64,000 nt of DNA from Phoronis australis (taxonomy: Eukaryota > Animalia > Phoronida), in assembly GCA_002633005.1 (NCBI GenBank), contig NMRA01000006.1, positions 18,485 through 82,484 on the forward strand, in the 5' to 3' direction. Made by a program: the position numbers and the translations under genes. Numbering within the stretch: position 1 is the stretch's first letter; every line of letters begins with the position of its first letter. The notes beneath the pieces are model-generated. The model did not search any database. It worked only from the letters and a program-made list of their open reading frames with translations, and was not told the origin of the DNA. Of the stretch, positions 1 to 14,266 are shown piece by piece.

Positions 1-2544
1 TACTCACTTTGGTTGATGAGTAGGCCCTATTGAGCGGCATAAGCTACTTGGTGAAAGCCATTCAAACACAGTACTGCAGAGGTCATGAGTTTGATACCTT
101 TCATAAATGTATGTTGCTGCTGGATGATATTCCTATGGGCCAAATAGTTTAAATTGCATTTCTATTGAAACAGCGTGTTCATAGATGTAGGCAATATAAG
201 TTATGAGAAAGTTACAATGCATTGTTACTGATACCCATGTATTCTACTCATTATTTTCTTTCAGTTGAAACACGTTTTATGGTAGTTTTCCTATTTCTGG
301 ATTTTTATTAGTGTAGCAGATAACACCCTTATTAATTATCTTCTTAAATTTTCTGAAGTCGATGGTTAATTAACTAAGAAAGCATTCATGTATTTCCTGA
401 GCGACAAGCTCGATACAAAATTCAAATTTTATTACTTCTCTTGATTCCCTCTAACTCAATATTTCTCAATTTTTAGTACAGAAGAAGACTTTGAAAACAT
501 GCATGATGAAGTGAAAAGACTATAATTCTTGGGAGCTAATGCCCACTCCCATCAACACTGTGCCGGTCATCAATTCCTGCTGTGGACAGATACCTCAAAT
601 TAATGGATTATAGCAAGTCTCACTACTCTGAAAAGTGTGGACTCCGGAATTCTTCAACTGAATTTCAATTAAATCTCAATTGAAACTCAATTGAGTCTCA
701 ATTCCTGTCCCATCTAAAAGTCCAGTGTATTTTTGCGTATTCCCGAGTTACGGTGGGGGAACGCCGGCCACTAGCCTTGGCGCAAAGTTGTAGAAAACTG
801 ACCAGATAAAATCTGGCACAACATAAGTGTCATTAGAAACCACAACCTTTCTTGAGTAAATTAAATTATTTACCGCAGTTGGAAAATTGGCGTTCTATCG
901 TTATTCTGCTGGTAAAATTGTGCTGCAGTTGCATCGGATTTCAGCATCATGAAATATTGCGTCATCTATTATCCTTTTTTACCAATTCCTCAATCAACTG
1001 TTGTTCTTTCACGAGGTTGCGTGCATGTCACAGCAAACTATCGGAAATGGTTTCATTTCATTACAAATTTTTAGAATCTTGATAGAAGTAAACTGAATTT
1101 CAGAACGAATTTTGTTGCTGAGAAGGTGTCACCATCTTCCGAGAGATGACACAAGCTTACTGTTTTCAAAACGACGACATATTTTTATTTGTTACAACAG
1201 GCTGTTGAACGGCTGTTAGGGGCAAAGTGAGTTTCGGTTGACTCCCAGATTTTGCATGCACCCCCGCCGGTCTTTAGCTCTACATGTTGACACAAGTTAC
1301 AAATTTGTAACGCTTTCTATATTATTTAATTTTCTAAGAATTTTTTAAGGAAAATATTCTGTTTGACTTGCTATAATCTTCATAAGGAATACGTTACTGT
1401 AGTAAACAATGTTCGTGTAGCTGTACTAAAAATGAATCTGAAGTAGAAGTGGCAGCTTGTTTGCTGGTAACCCATTGCAACTGACATTTTCGTGTGTTCA
1501 AGTCATCACACATTTGCAAAATTGAATCTTTGAGCATAATCTTGACATCCAATCGCGAAAAGGGTGCTTAAAATGAGCTCCCAGTGCATGAGAACCTAAT
1601 ATATTCACTTATCGCTCGAGAGCTAAGTATACTTCCTTAGGAATTACAATTCCACTATGGCGGCTAGCAGCCATATTAGATTTATCGATGACGTAAGCAA
1701 AATTCCCTTGCCATACAATGTTATGCCTAAAATACTCCAAAAATTGTCTGAATTTATGTGTAGAGATGCCCTTAAATATTTAATAGCACTGTATTTCCAA
1801 TGGAACATGTTTGGCATAATGTGAGATTGACCTTGACCTATTCGCATTACCTTGACCTCCAATCACAAAAATAGTATCAGAATCGATTTTATCATATCTG
1901 AAAACCTATAGTTTGATGTACCATACTTGTTTTAAAAAGCATTTATTGGGACATGCCAATTTCAACATGGCCGATGGCGGCCATCTTAGACTTGAGGGCT
2001 ATCCGGCAAAATCCAGCCTGGCACACAATTTTATTTTGGATTCTGCACCCCAAAATTGGTTAGAATCAATCTTCACATCTGCATTACCCTCAAATGCCCT
2101 CGACACCATTTTCGGAGGCCTTTTTGGAAATTGGAAACTAACGGGCCTATACTGCTCGTCGGAGGGCCGCAAAATCAGGTTACCGTTCCACAGAACCGTC
2201 ATAGCAAACGTTGTACCGCAACAATGATCCATATAACGTATGTGAATATCTAAATAAAGATTCCCCTAACATCTGACCATAGCATATCAAATCAGTTATT
2301 TTTTCGCAACAGCTTTCTGTCAGCAAACACTGAATTAACATGCGCTCACACGGCCTCGGTGCCCGGTCAATTAGTTTATATCATCCAAAGTCGGTAACGC
2401 AGTGATTTATTCATCAATGCTGGCTTCTCAAAACATTTGCACTCAACACTCCAAGTCATTACAAGTTGTATCTAATGAGACTGACTTTGTTTCAGTTTTA
2501 TACAAGCATTGGTTAGTGTGAGAATAATTCATTTCGAAACAGAA

Positions 2545-2750
2545 CATACAATAATAAACGTCAACGTGGCAACTCGCAATCCCGACTTAGACGAGTACTC
2601 ATCCGACGAAAACTTCACAGGTCGATCGTCAGTCTTCACAGGCTATCAGTTCAATTCGGAATAGACTGATCAAGAAATACTAGAGAGGTTCCGTGAACGT
2701 GCAAAGACAACGGAACACATGGATAGTTCAGAAAACCGTTTGAATGACTA
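2545..2750 (+). mobile_element. Fragment related to the Kolobok-like element at 27.8-28.9 kb (putative second-ORF N-terminus)
   Basis: 2548-2650 is an inverted copy of ~28240-28345. It translates ATRNPDLDEYSSDENF..GYQFNSE*TDQE..ENRL, resembling the acidic 'YQFEPE' N-terminus of Kolobok KolX/P2X7-C-like proteins. Confidence 0.45.
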
Positions 2751-3271
2751 GTCGTTAGTTCTCAAAAAACGTCTGCCTCCAGAGTTCAACGTAAGGCAAT
2801 TTTGAACTTACAAATCGAACGATCCCCAGTTCTTTGACAAGGAATGTTTTCAACAAGAGATAATGTTGTGGTCTGAATTCACTTCGTGGCAAACTACAGA
2901 TGGACATAGTTATATTTACAAATAATACAGTGCTTGCCGATATATGTAGTTCAGAAATAATCAATTTTTGAATTTGGTGCTCGTCTAAACAAGATTTCGT
3001 TTCCGAAAAGTAGGTGTACTCTGCATCCACAGCTGTCAAGATATTCCTCACAATATCGTTGAAGCTGAACTTAGGAGCCCGTTTAAAATCCTTTTGTAAG
3101 CACTCGCTGTCCAATATGGAAAGCCTGATGACAACATTGAACAATAAATGAGATAATTTTTAAAATCTTTGATGTCCATGATGTATTAGCACTTTGCTAA
3201 ACATGTTTGAGTCCTCGTTAAATGAATTTTAAAATATTATTATAAAAAATAAGGATAACAAAAACGATAAC

Positions 3272-3340
3272 GAGTAATAGTAGTGACAGTAGTAGTAGTA
3301 TTAATAGTAGTAACAATAGTGATAGTAATGTAATACTAAT
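3272..3340 (+). repeat. Degenerate (AGT/AAT)n microsatellite
   Basis: gtaatagtagtgacagtagtagtagtattaatagtagt... Confidence 0.7.
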
Positions 3341-3717
3341 AAAAATTAGAATAGGTAGCAAATTCATGTCGTGTCAGCCCGGAGGGCATTCCTATAGAAG
3401 ATGTATACGAAAAGTGCCGCCCAAAAGGGTGTTTTTTCACAGAAAAAATACTCTCCAAAATGGTGTCATTTTCGACAAAACTATAGGCAAAAGGTGCCTT
3501 TCCTGAATTTCGGGAACAGAAGTGTGCGAAAATGTGAGGTTTTACACAAATTAGTCTCTAGGTGGGTCGTTTTTGTTCGAGCAGACTCTCTAAATGGGTA
3601 GGTATTCAAAATTTTCCGGCACCGCTCCTCGTCTAAAAAAACTGCAGTACCCCTCGGCCCTGTCAGATACCACTTGTTCGTGATTTTGGTCATATTCTTT
3701 GCAATATGACGTGGATT

Positions 3718-3885
3718 TCGTAAAATGTAACAATCGTACATTTATCGCATGTGCGTTTGACGTGAAATGTAACAACTACATAAAATGTAACAACTTGTTA
3801 CATTTTAGGAGAGGCTTAACAACGTAAAATGTAACAATGACATAAAATGTAACAGCTGTTAAATTTTACGAAATTGTTACATCAC
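3718..3885. repeat. Cluster of AAAATGTAACA motifs in both orientations (probable transposon subterminal repeats)
   Basis: At least five forward and two to three reverse copies within 170 bp. Confidence 0.7.
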
Positions 3886-4467
3886 GGCGTATCAGTGCTC
3901 ACGAGGTTTTATTAGGTCGCTGAGAAAAAGAACTGACGAAAACATCCTACACCCAGAGGACCAAACAGAAGCCTGGCGAACGAGTCAGTCATCAAACAGG
4001 TTATGCAAAACGTTATGTTGTCAGCCTTATCGTTGCACTGGACGATATTTGAGAAACAATCTCACGAAGGCAATTGGGTTGGGTGAAGATTTCCGATTGT
4101 GCGGGTAATACTTTGGTTCATGTGAATGAACTTTTGGTACGAAGGGGTAGTTTGTGGGGATAATTTCATAACACTCGGTGTCTGATATTTTGCTCCCGGT
4201 TATGCATGCTCCTTGCGAGTGAAGCTAGTGTGATAGCGTGCTTCATTTGTAATGTGCATGGCGATATCTCGACAAAACTTTTGATCTCGCGTTTTCGCGA
4301 GTTTCTTGTGGAATGCAGCCCTGTTTATTCTTAACAACAACAACAACTTCAGGTGGGAGAAATGTGCCCTCGCGAATAACTCGTCATAAAATTGCCCGTT
4401 TTACACATTTTTATGAACGAACCGATCAAGCGCGAAAGCTTCGGCTAAAGTAGTGCACATTAAAAAC

Positions 4468-4625
4468 CAGGGGCGGATACAGGATTTTGAGTTGAGGGGG
4501 AGCAGGGCAGAGTATTAGCCAGGATTTTGGCCGTCAGATATTTGAACCCCCGAAGTGCCAAATGGAATATGGGAGAACTTTAGGGGGGGGCATGTTCCCG
4601 TTGCCCCCACTTAAATCCGCCACTG
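4468..4625. mobile_element. Short GC-rich hAT-like mini element
   Basis: CAGGGGCGGAT... / ...ATCCGCCACTG inverted ends with internal G/C runs; no clean TSD. Confidence 0.45.
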
Positions 4626-7600
4626 TAAACTGCCTCCTCTTTAAAAGTTAGACCCTGTAGTTGCCTTCATAGTTTCTGATATAATCCGAAAGAATATCAA
4701 TGTACTTTTTTAGATAATTATAAACTTTAACTTTGGGTATGGAGTCACACAGTCGGAAACCAGACTGAGCTGCCCGACGTCGGGTGGCTTTGCTCCCGGT
4801 AGCAAACAACGGGTTTTAAAGAAATTAGAAATGTTCCGCCTTTATAACATAATCACCTTATATTCTGTTAACGTGACCTTCACAAAAATTTACAATCCCA
4901 AATTAAAGAAATGTGTCGTTAAAAAGGCCCCTTACGCCACAAGGAACTCTTGGAGGTTACTCTCATTTGCAAATAGCACTGATACGCGTAAAGCTACGTC
5001 AGTAGATTAACTATTGGCGTCTTTTTTTTCAAATCACGACAATAGCTTTGCAGCACTGGTACAACTGTTAACAAAATGGCGTGCTGAACATGTTGATACC
5101 ATTCTTTCGCAAATATTGCCAACTTCTTTCGTCACCCTGCTTTTGGTGTTTGATAGCATCCGTACTGTATTTTGATTCCTTACGCCTTGCAACTGCCACG
5201 GGCAACATTCTGATATTCAAAACTTAGCAAACTTGTGTTGCAAGGGGTAACTACCTTCTCCACGACGTGTCTAGGAGTTACATAGAAGCCCTTGCTGTAC
5301 GCAATAAGGTCAGTGCTCACACCACTGATTATTTCTCACAATTTCTACGGGTAGCCTGTAGAATGATTAACTTCAACGTCCAATGAAAGCAAACACTCAT
5401 TACTACCAATGAGCTATACCAGGTACAGACCATTGTTACAGCTGACACCCGTTTAGTCGGTAATTCAGATGATTCCGGTTTTCATATGCCCCCGGCCTAA
5501 TCTTTTTTCTTAATCCCCAGGCTGCCTTGCGTCCGTTGTCACGTGGGTGAGGCAGCACTGAAAAAAGTGGGGGGCTAAAGCCCTCAGTCCCCCGTGTTTC
5601 ACCGCCTATAGACCATGTGCGGCGTAGCACTCAAAAACGTGGGGCTATAGCCCCGCCCCCAGCCCCCTAAGGTGCGCCGCCCATGTGTCGATCGCTAGGC
5701 AAACGCCAACCTCTGCCACGCTGAAGTAAAGTCGATACAACCAACAATGAACCTCTATTGACGACCTCTATCCGACATAATATCGAGGTAGAAACAACAT
5801 CAATGCAACCAACAATCAACATCGTCCAGTCCAACGAAATGCCAATGCCAATGCTTTTGAAATCCGTTAAGATAACGTTATATCAATTTAAATAAAACCT
5901 CAGTTTGTTGCAATTATGGTTCCCGGACATCCTCACAACGTCGTTGCAACTGGCATCATAAAACTTTAGTCTCTACCCTCTAACGGACACGCAGGGAACC
6001 ATCGAGGGCTGCAACTCTTATTGCCAAATTGGTTACTCTCAATCAAGCACGGCGATAGCCAATGAAACATTTACGAAACAATTCTGTACGGTTTTTATAA
6101 AAAAATGATGATGGAAGACTCGTTTGACGTTTCTCAATCTTAGTAAAAGATTTACAAGTTTTAATTTTAATATCACCAGTTATTAACTCTGTAAGTATTG
6201 ACTCTTTCAGTATTGTTTCAAACAGCTGTTACCCGTCGAGGCCTTGGTTATCATTGATCACTAAACTACATGATTATCTCAAAATATATCATTGTTCCTT
6301 AAACACGTGTGCATGCAAGCATCCACATGCTGCTGATGCGGGCTTCGGGTTGATTCAGAAAACACTTTCGAACATCACCAAGCTTTGATGCTGGCTACAA
6401 TGTAGTTGAATGTTTTCGTCGGCACCGTTTCATACAGACAGAATATATATGCATGCGCTGGTGTCGTAAAGTTTTTTTCAACAGTGCCGAGTTTTCTCCA
6501 GAGACGAGCAATCCACTTTTTTCACAATAAACCGGGTGGGAATAGTTTTATCTGACATCAGCACTTCAGTTGTACAGCCCCGTCTCTCACTAGATAGCAC
6601 CTAGAACGGCCCTCAAGTTTCCGTCTTGACAATATATTTGCTGAGAAACTCAACACCCCAAATACATACTTTGCACAATAGAACGAAGCGCACGCTCAGA
6701 CAGTTGTTGCGTAACACAAAGTGGTCTCAGAAGAAAACTTAGCTGTGAAAAGTTTGAATAGAACTTCACATAGCACTGAACAGAGAATTGCCACAGTGAC
6801 GCAATACAGACATTTGCGCTTTAGAAAATCAATTGAATTTCAGTATATCACTTGGTCGGTAGATCGTATTAGCAGTAATGCTTGATGTTAGTTAACAAAT
6901 GAAACAAGCAACTTTGCTATGAACCAAATTTGTTTACCAATGACACTAAGACTCTTTAACTTAGTTCGTGCAGATAAACTTATTTATCTTTTGGACTTCT
7001 TCGTTACCAGTGAAGTATACTTGAATTTCAACGTGTTTCTTACAGTACTTTAGAATGCTTTTGATTTTGTCTGAGAATTACTCTAACAGCAATCTAATGT
7101 AAATATCCATTCAGTGGAAAATATTGTGATGATTTATTCAAGGAAGACAAACCCACGTCTCGCTCAGCATATTTTTTACAGAGAACATGAAAACATACAG
7201 CAAGGCCAGCTGCCAACCACACAATAATCTGTCTTACCTGACTTTTTGTGAAAAGCTCTGGTTGGTCATGATCAAAACCAAGGTGAGACCGTTGAAATTC
7301 GATGGCCAGCGCTTCTTTACAGCCCATAGTGGTGAAGCGCTCGCACAGCCGCAGCATGCACAAGTACAGACAGAATATACATGTATGTTATACAAAACCG
7401 AATAATCGGCGGGCTCTCTACCTGCACATGTACGTTGCCTGCGGGAGATTGTTATTGAAAGCGACCCCTGGTGGTGTTGCGCTGTTATTGTCGGGATATT
7501 GCAACTTCTCCTTAACTTACGCAAGTCAAAGTTGATTCTGGTTTTAACACTGACTCATTTTCATACCTACGGTCACCGACTAAACAAAACGCCGGCACGC

Positions 7601-7779
7601 ATCAATTTCAGTTCAGGTCATGGGCGGCGCACAATGAGAGGCTGGGGGACAATAGCCCCACTTTTTCAGTGCTGCACCACCCATGGTCTACCGGCGGTGC
7701 ACCACAGGGGACTGGAGGGCAATAGCCCCCTCCCCCATTTTTTTCAGAGTGCTGCACACAGTCAGGTCTCGTGTGAAAC

Positions 7780-9479
7780 GCTTCACAAAGGCTCTAAAGC
7801 AAATTAAGGTAAGCAAAGTTTGCCATGCGGTGACTGAAAGAAAAAAACGCATAATTTTAAATCAGCATCTAAAAACTTGCCGACTTAATATCCAAAAAAG
7901 CCAAGACCAGAACCAGCATTGGCGAATGGAATAATTTTACAACACGATTTTTAAATCATTTTTTGTTTTTCTTCTGCGTACTTTGACCGGTGTACTCGGA
8001 GAAACGATGAGTCTTTATATTTATATTTATCTAAAACGTGGAAATGCAACGAGGCAAAACTGGATAGGTGATTATGTTGTCAACAACTTAGCGTTTCGCT
8101 TTTTTGACAATATCTACTGTATATCTTGTTTTCAATTCGAACTTTCCTTGATAGCATTGAATATGTTCACCGGTGTAGGGGCATTCATGCGTTTTATTCA
8201 AATATTCCGTTTATTGGCTTTTCTGTAATCCTACTTCACCTCATGTTGATAGTATTTGTCAAATTCTGCAATTTACTAGGATCAATTCTTACGGTTTTCA
8301 CATCAGTCTTCAGTATGTTAGATATACCTAATTTTGACGCTTTTGGCAGAAGTATTTATTTTACTTTTCTCATTATCTGAACATGAACCAGGATGTTGCA
8401 GCCACCGGCAGCAATGAAGACGTGGTTGATGTATTTCATGTTTTATTCGTCGTTATTGCAGCTGAATTTTCAATGTGAATGTGGTGCTATAACCAGGAGT
8501 GTAATAATCAAGATATTCTGCGTAAAGTCAGATTGTCACATTACTACCCGCAGTGATCCTCGAGGACGCCTTCCCTAGACCCAAGAAATTACTCAAACAC
8601 TTAGACGCGAGAAATCTTCGTTTATGGAACGAAAACAGTATATTAAGTCACATCATTTAACTTTCATTTTGGGTAGTATTACTTTTTGGCGATGCAGTTA
8701 GGCTTACGGAAATCAGCCTCGGTGTATCGCAGTCTTAAAACAGTTGCAAAATTATTAATGTTTTGTCGAGAAAGAGGGCGACAACAGCCGATCTTGCGGA
8801 TGGAGTAGCTTTACAATCGGTTTCGCCACGCATTGCGACAGTTGGTCCCGATTTCCGATACCGTAGCTCAAGTTCGTGACAGGCAATGAGTTGGTTGTCA
8901 AGAGTTTTCTTCGTATGCAAATAATACTGTAATCGAAATAAATCACATTTATATTTTCGAAAGGGTTTGCATCGCTACCTCCTTCCTGATCTGCCAATGA
9001 TAGAGGTGTACAGATAATGCGTTCATTCTACATGTATATCACAACGCATTCAAATATATTCAAATAAACAACCGTGCATTTCATTTTTTCCCGGAATAAT
9101 GGTTTAATCACTGACATGATGTCCCTAAAGATGGGCCTGCAACGTCTTCAGCAGAAACGACGAAAAAGCTAACGTGACAGCTTGGTGCTCTTTACTTTCC
9201 TTTCGCCCCAAAAAGAAGGCGGTGACACACAATTTTGTAATTTTGCACTGCTCAAATGTTCATGTTGTCTTTTAAGGATACCTTTTCCGCTTTATTTTGG
9301 TTATAAACTTCATCAAACCTTTCTTAACGCAAGTTGATTCAGGAGAACCGTTAGTCCAAGTAATGCTGATTCAGCACAACTATAAATGTTTTCATCTCAA
9401 CTGAATTTATTAGCAAAGTTTAGTATAAATTTTATTTGTGATGATGCACCACCGCCTAAAGTGGCCGCCGTAGTGATAG
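7780..9479 (+). repeat. Segment duplicated at 16371-17939 (copy 1)
   Basis: Near-identical direct repeat. The first ~690 bp appear identical; the remainder has SNPs and indels. Confidence 0.95.
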
Positions 9480-11600
9480 TCCAGGCCCTTAACCCGAAAA
9501 CTTTTACACCTCGGATTAAAGCATGAAATTTGGCACACTGATACTTTTTGACATGCTGAATCTCATGGGGGTCGGTTGCCCAAATTTTGAGGTCAAGGTC
9601 AAGGTCAAATCTTGAAAAACAAAATGGCCGCCAAGTAACACTTCTTTGGTTGCTTAAGAGGTGATCACACATTTTAAGGCTAGGTAATGGTACTTTATTA
9701 ACTAGAAATCTATCAAAATGACATTGCAATATATTTTCCTTATAATATGAAAACCCCTCATTTGCATAAATCCAATATGGCAGCCAAAATTTAACTAACC
9801 AACTACAATTTTTACAGAAGCATTTATTTTGATCTGGTGCAAGACTAATAATTCAAAAACAAATAAGTTCTCTTACCAAAAATGAACTAGATTTATCATT
9901 AATTTGATTTGTACAATTATGAAAATTCGGTTGATGTTATGAAAAAGAGGCCAATATATGCATAGCACTTGACAGACTACCAAAAACTCGGAGGCCAGCT
10001 TTGATAAATGACGTTAATATGCTTGTTCTAGCTCCTGTCTACATAATATAAACCGATTGTCAACTGCTTATAATATCAACACAATAAAACGGATTAATGT
10101 CAAATTGTCACTGTAGTTCACAGAATTCAATTAACACTATCATCTGTTCCTTTGCGCCAAGACAAACCATGTCACTGACGTGTTCCCTGGCATTTGCAAA
10201 GTGATGTGCATGCTAAGGAATTATATCCACATCACTTGCCGCATAGTTGTAAGCTCTTGCAACCACACTTAATGAGCTGCTGACCAGCTTTGGACACTTC
10301 AGGCATGTCTGTCCAGCCTGGTGTCCTTTGTTGGTCTGTGTCTCTCTGCCATCCAAACCCCTCTGGACCCCTCTGCCAGCTTGATACAAGCATTTGTTAA
10401 CATTCTTTATCAGTGGAGATTGGGTAAGCGATAAATTTTGGGGGAAAGCTCCTTTTGTAAAGTATTGACCTGGCTGGTTTTGGCTTTTCGATGATAAACG
10501 AGACATGTAAATGTCATTTGTTTTGAACTCCTGACTGTCGATGGTGAGTTGGTGAAAGGAATTAAAATTGTCGGCATGAGAATGCCTGAGTAGCATCAGG
10601 GTTAGCTTTCCATGTCTTCCATGCTGTTTTCTTTCCTTTTCCATAGAACTGGGATGCTGTGCCCGACCCTGTTAAGGCATAAAACTGGTAGAGCTACACA
10701 CAAATCGTACCCAAGCTGGTCAAACACGCTACTGGCAAAGAGCTCCCGCGCGTTCTTTCCAGCTTTAACCACTACCCGTACTAGAATTGCTGGCTGCAAA
10801 GCCTTAAACTGATCAAAACGCCAATAAGAACGACCACAGCATCAGTATCCAATGTAGTAACCAGTATTTTCTGATTACCTTTGATTAAACGTCTGCAATG
10901 TACAAGCCCATAGGGGTGTCCGACTCCTCATGATCGCACGGTGGTATGTCAGAACCAGAGGAAAGAACAGACTGGCCGTAGGTAACATATATGTCTTGTT
11001 CTGGAGAACAGGCGATTGTCAAACAATTCCTCTTAATTCTTCGAGTTTTGCAAGAAATTCCGGAAGTTCAGAGACAGTCGAATTTGGGGTGAAACTTTGG
11101 CAAGGTCACCTGAACCTCTATTAGCTTTTGCGGTGGCCTTCAAGCTGCCTTCGGTGTAAGCATCTGCAAACACAATGTCAACTCTACTACAGTTGTGAAG
11201 TTTAGAATGTGCCCACAGAACTGTCTGAATGTGACTGATTTGTTTGGAGAAAAGCTGTGCACAATAGCTGGTTGATCAAAGACTTTGACATCGACGGATT
11301 CAGGAACGTCTGGATGAGGAAATTCCAACATGTTAAGTAACTGTGACTTCTGTGAAGGTAAACGGAGACTGCCGTTTTGGTTCAGGGATGGTGGCCAAGA
11401 ATGATTCTCATGCATAAGAAAATCATCCAGGTTAGCTTCTAGAAATTGACTAGCTACAAAAAGCTGACTGGGCTGCAGTCTTTCTTGATGTCATCCATGC
11501 GTTGCTGAGTGGCTCTTTTTGCCTTCCCGCTAGCTTTTTTGAAAACAGCAAACTTGTATTTTCTTGATAGGAGTCTTTACTAGTTGTGACTTTACAATTA
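9477..11600 (-). mobile_element. Degenerate Academ (AcademX-type) DNA transposon with XPG/PIN-like domain and C-terminal Cys-rich finger
   Basis: Minus-strand fragments HENHSWPPSL..KSQLL..KVFDQPAIVH, HEESDT..ILVTTLDTDAVV, FYALTGSGTASQFYGKGKKTAWK and WTDMPEVSKAGQQLIKCGCK..CTSLCKCQG. The terminus TAGTCCAGGCCCTTAA at 9477 is exactly where this locus departs from its duplicate at ~17937. Many stops and frameshifts; the element may extend to ~12253. Confidence 0.75.
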
Positions 11601-14164
11601 GGACTGTTTGCTTATAGTTGTCATATTGCTGTTTTCCAGTCACTTCGATAATCTGAAGTCTTGTAGCGTATCTATCGTCATAAGTTTATCACAGTGGTCA
11701 AAGAAAGGGTTTCTCTTGGCTGAAATTCCATCTTACACCACACAAACTGTTCACATGGTTTTTAAAGTTGTTCTGGAAGGATGTCCTGTCTTTGTGGCGG
11801 CTTGTCTCCTCACTATTGTCTTCAAAACGCTATTGACAATAAAACTCACCAACCAGACTAGCTCGCTCCCAAACACTATTTACCCTGTCAAGCGTTTGTA
11901 TTTTCAGTTAATCCAACAGCTCCATCACTGTCTTTGACTAAGGCGTTATTTTGTTGTTCCGCTTGGTCAATTGCAATATTCCCAGTCAATACAACGCCGT
12001 AGTCATTTTGTAAACGCTGCTTTTTACAGTCTTCGCCCACACTTGTTTTTTGTTTGTGTTTCGCCGAACTGCATCTTTTTGCGTTTTTAAAATTCCTCAC
12101 GGGTCTCCTATCACGTGCCCATGATGATGGGATAGTGAATGAATTGTTGCACCGAAGAGTTCTTACTCGATCCGGAGATTTTATTTTCACGGTATTAACC
12201 CTTTCAGTAAACACGCGAATTACACGGAACTTTATGTCCTAAGCCCACGGACTTGGAAGGCTCTAACTTCGAAATCATATGGTTACGATTTCCACGAACT
12301 TAGACAATGACATCAAACACGGAATGACCATTGTTAAGGCTACTACCAATTTTAGCTTTGCGCATTCATGCATCGGTGACGGTAAAATTTGCTCTAGTAG
12401 TTACAGTAGTTACGTGGTGAGGAGGTATTTGTGTTTATACGCGGCATCTGTGCGTGAATCTTTAGTAAAGCGAATGCGATGTCGAAAGAAATGAAAGAAA
12501 ATACACCAAGGTACACTTTTTGAGAAGCAAAACGTCTGGTGATGTTTATAGCGCATGATTTGACCTCCTTAGGTAGTAACTGACGCTGAATGACATCTGG
12601 CAACTAAGGCTCCAAAATAAAAATATCATGCTTGTATTGCCCCCCCCCCCCTTCTTCCCGAGTTCTGCACCTTCCAATGAGTGACCACGCCAGGTTTGGT
12701 TCAGTTTCAGTTCTAAAGTCGCAGAATCATTCTTCTGTGGTCAGCTGTAACGAAACCTACAATTTTTTGGGACGGTGCTTACTCTTAAAAAAACTTCCAG
12801 CATCAGAGCTCTTTGTCAGAAATGCCAAGCACATGCAGCGTTGTAAGACAGAGACGTTTTCGTTTCCCTATGTCCACAGAGGTGCTTTGAGCAGCGTGTA
12901 GAAAGGTTCATTTCGCTTCTCTACACGACTATAGCAAACACGGTGTTTTGAAAAAGTCCATTTTTGAGGGCATTTTCAAAAATTAACATGTTTAGTTGAT
13001 GCATTCATTCAGTGCCACGTAATGCATCAAATGAAGGTGAGAGTTGCCGGTTCCGTACCAGTTATCATCGTCATACCACGTCATTTCCCGCCAAACTACG
13101 GCCAGTCAATGAATGTATATTGTGTTTATTGAAATACCTTTAGGCAATCATTAGTTTTAGAAGAATTATTAAAGTTTGACTTGTGGCAACATTGCGTAGC
13201 GTTTAAAGACGCATGTTCATATTGACGTCATTCAGCATTTAATTCAAAAATCCAACAGCGCCAACACCACGGATATTTGTCAATTTTGATATGTGTAACC
13301 CTTCTCTTGTTGCAACAACTAACTACACATGGTTTCTAGAACGTTCTAAAGTTTCAATTTACGTTTATCAATTATAACAGACGAAACGAGATGTAATTAC
13401 AGAAATTTATAAGCAGTAATAGAATCATGGCGGCAGGACGGGATTAAACTGGAATCCTCTGGTACAACACTTCGGGGCGGCAGGTGGCACCAGTGGATTA
13501 TTAATTAAAATGCGTTTTAATTGCCTGACTTGCTTGAATGAATCTATGTAATATTTCTGATGCTAAAATGTTTAGTGCCGATCATCATGAATTGGGTCGC
13601 CTCTCCCTCTTCTCCGGAGAGGGTTCCGCACGAGACAAATCTTCCATCCTAGCTACACGTAGGCCTAAGCCCCTTAGGATGTTCACAGACGTCCGTGCCC
13701 TGACTGTTGCATACTTCTGTATGCATTATACATTGCTCCTTGCTAGTTCAAAGGCTTAGTTTTGCCCCTTATATTTACCGTCAATCTTAATGAACTTGTA
13801 CTGGACGTAAAAGTTCGTCTTCTTCACTGTCTTAATCATATTTTCTGAACTTAGAATACATGTAAGTAATGCTTGTGTAAAAATCTTGCACCTCCATTTT
13901 GGTTGGTATGAATTCTGATGAAACTGATCATCGTTCACATATACCATTCTGATCATCGTTTACGGATCGTTTTTGGTCCGTGAATTTAATCGTATAAATT
14001 AGCCTACTAGGGCTGATGAATAAACTTAGATCTTATATTACACCTTTCGTTAATATTAATTCTTATAAACATCTTATAACATGCCATACCATTCTTAGAA
14101 ATAGTCGAAATTAATCTATTTTAAAGAATCATTTGTAATAAATTTTATCAACCATAATTGATTG

Positions 14165-14266
14165 TCTACACCTGTCGTGCACGCGCAGACATAGTGCCTG
14201 TGTACACCTGTCGTGCACGCGCAGATATAGCGCCTGTGTACACTTGTCCTGCACGCGCAGATATAC
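14165..14266 (+). repeat. 36-bp minisatellite, ~2.8 copies
   Basis: Unit TGTACACCTGTCGTGCACGCGCAGATATAGCGCCTG, with copies starting at 14165, 14201 and 14237. Confidence 0.9.

Noticed and set aside
40-100. tRNA-like / SINE head (GAGGTCATGAGTTTGATACC)
   Set aside because: Only a degenerate B-box-like motif; no cloverleaf can be drawn.
1550-2070. Transposon-subterminal-like motifs (GAAAACCTATAGTTTGA, GGCGGCCATCTT)
   Set aside because: Probably a DNA-transposon fragment, but no termini or TSD could be defined.
2755-3144. 129-aa minus-strand ORF
   Set aside because: No recognisable domain or splice context; lies among repeat fragments.
7094-7524. Cys-containing ORFs as a SWIM finger (AAGLAVCFHV)
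   Set aside because: Motif incomplete, with no supporting neighbouring domains.
14165-14266. 36-bp repeat as a possible CRISPR array
   Set aside because: Units are head-to-tail with no unique spacers, there are no cas genes, and the context is eukaryotic.
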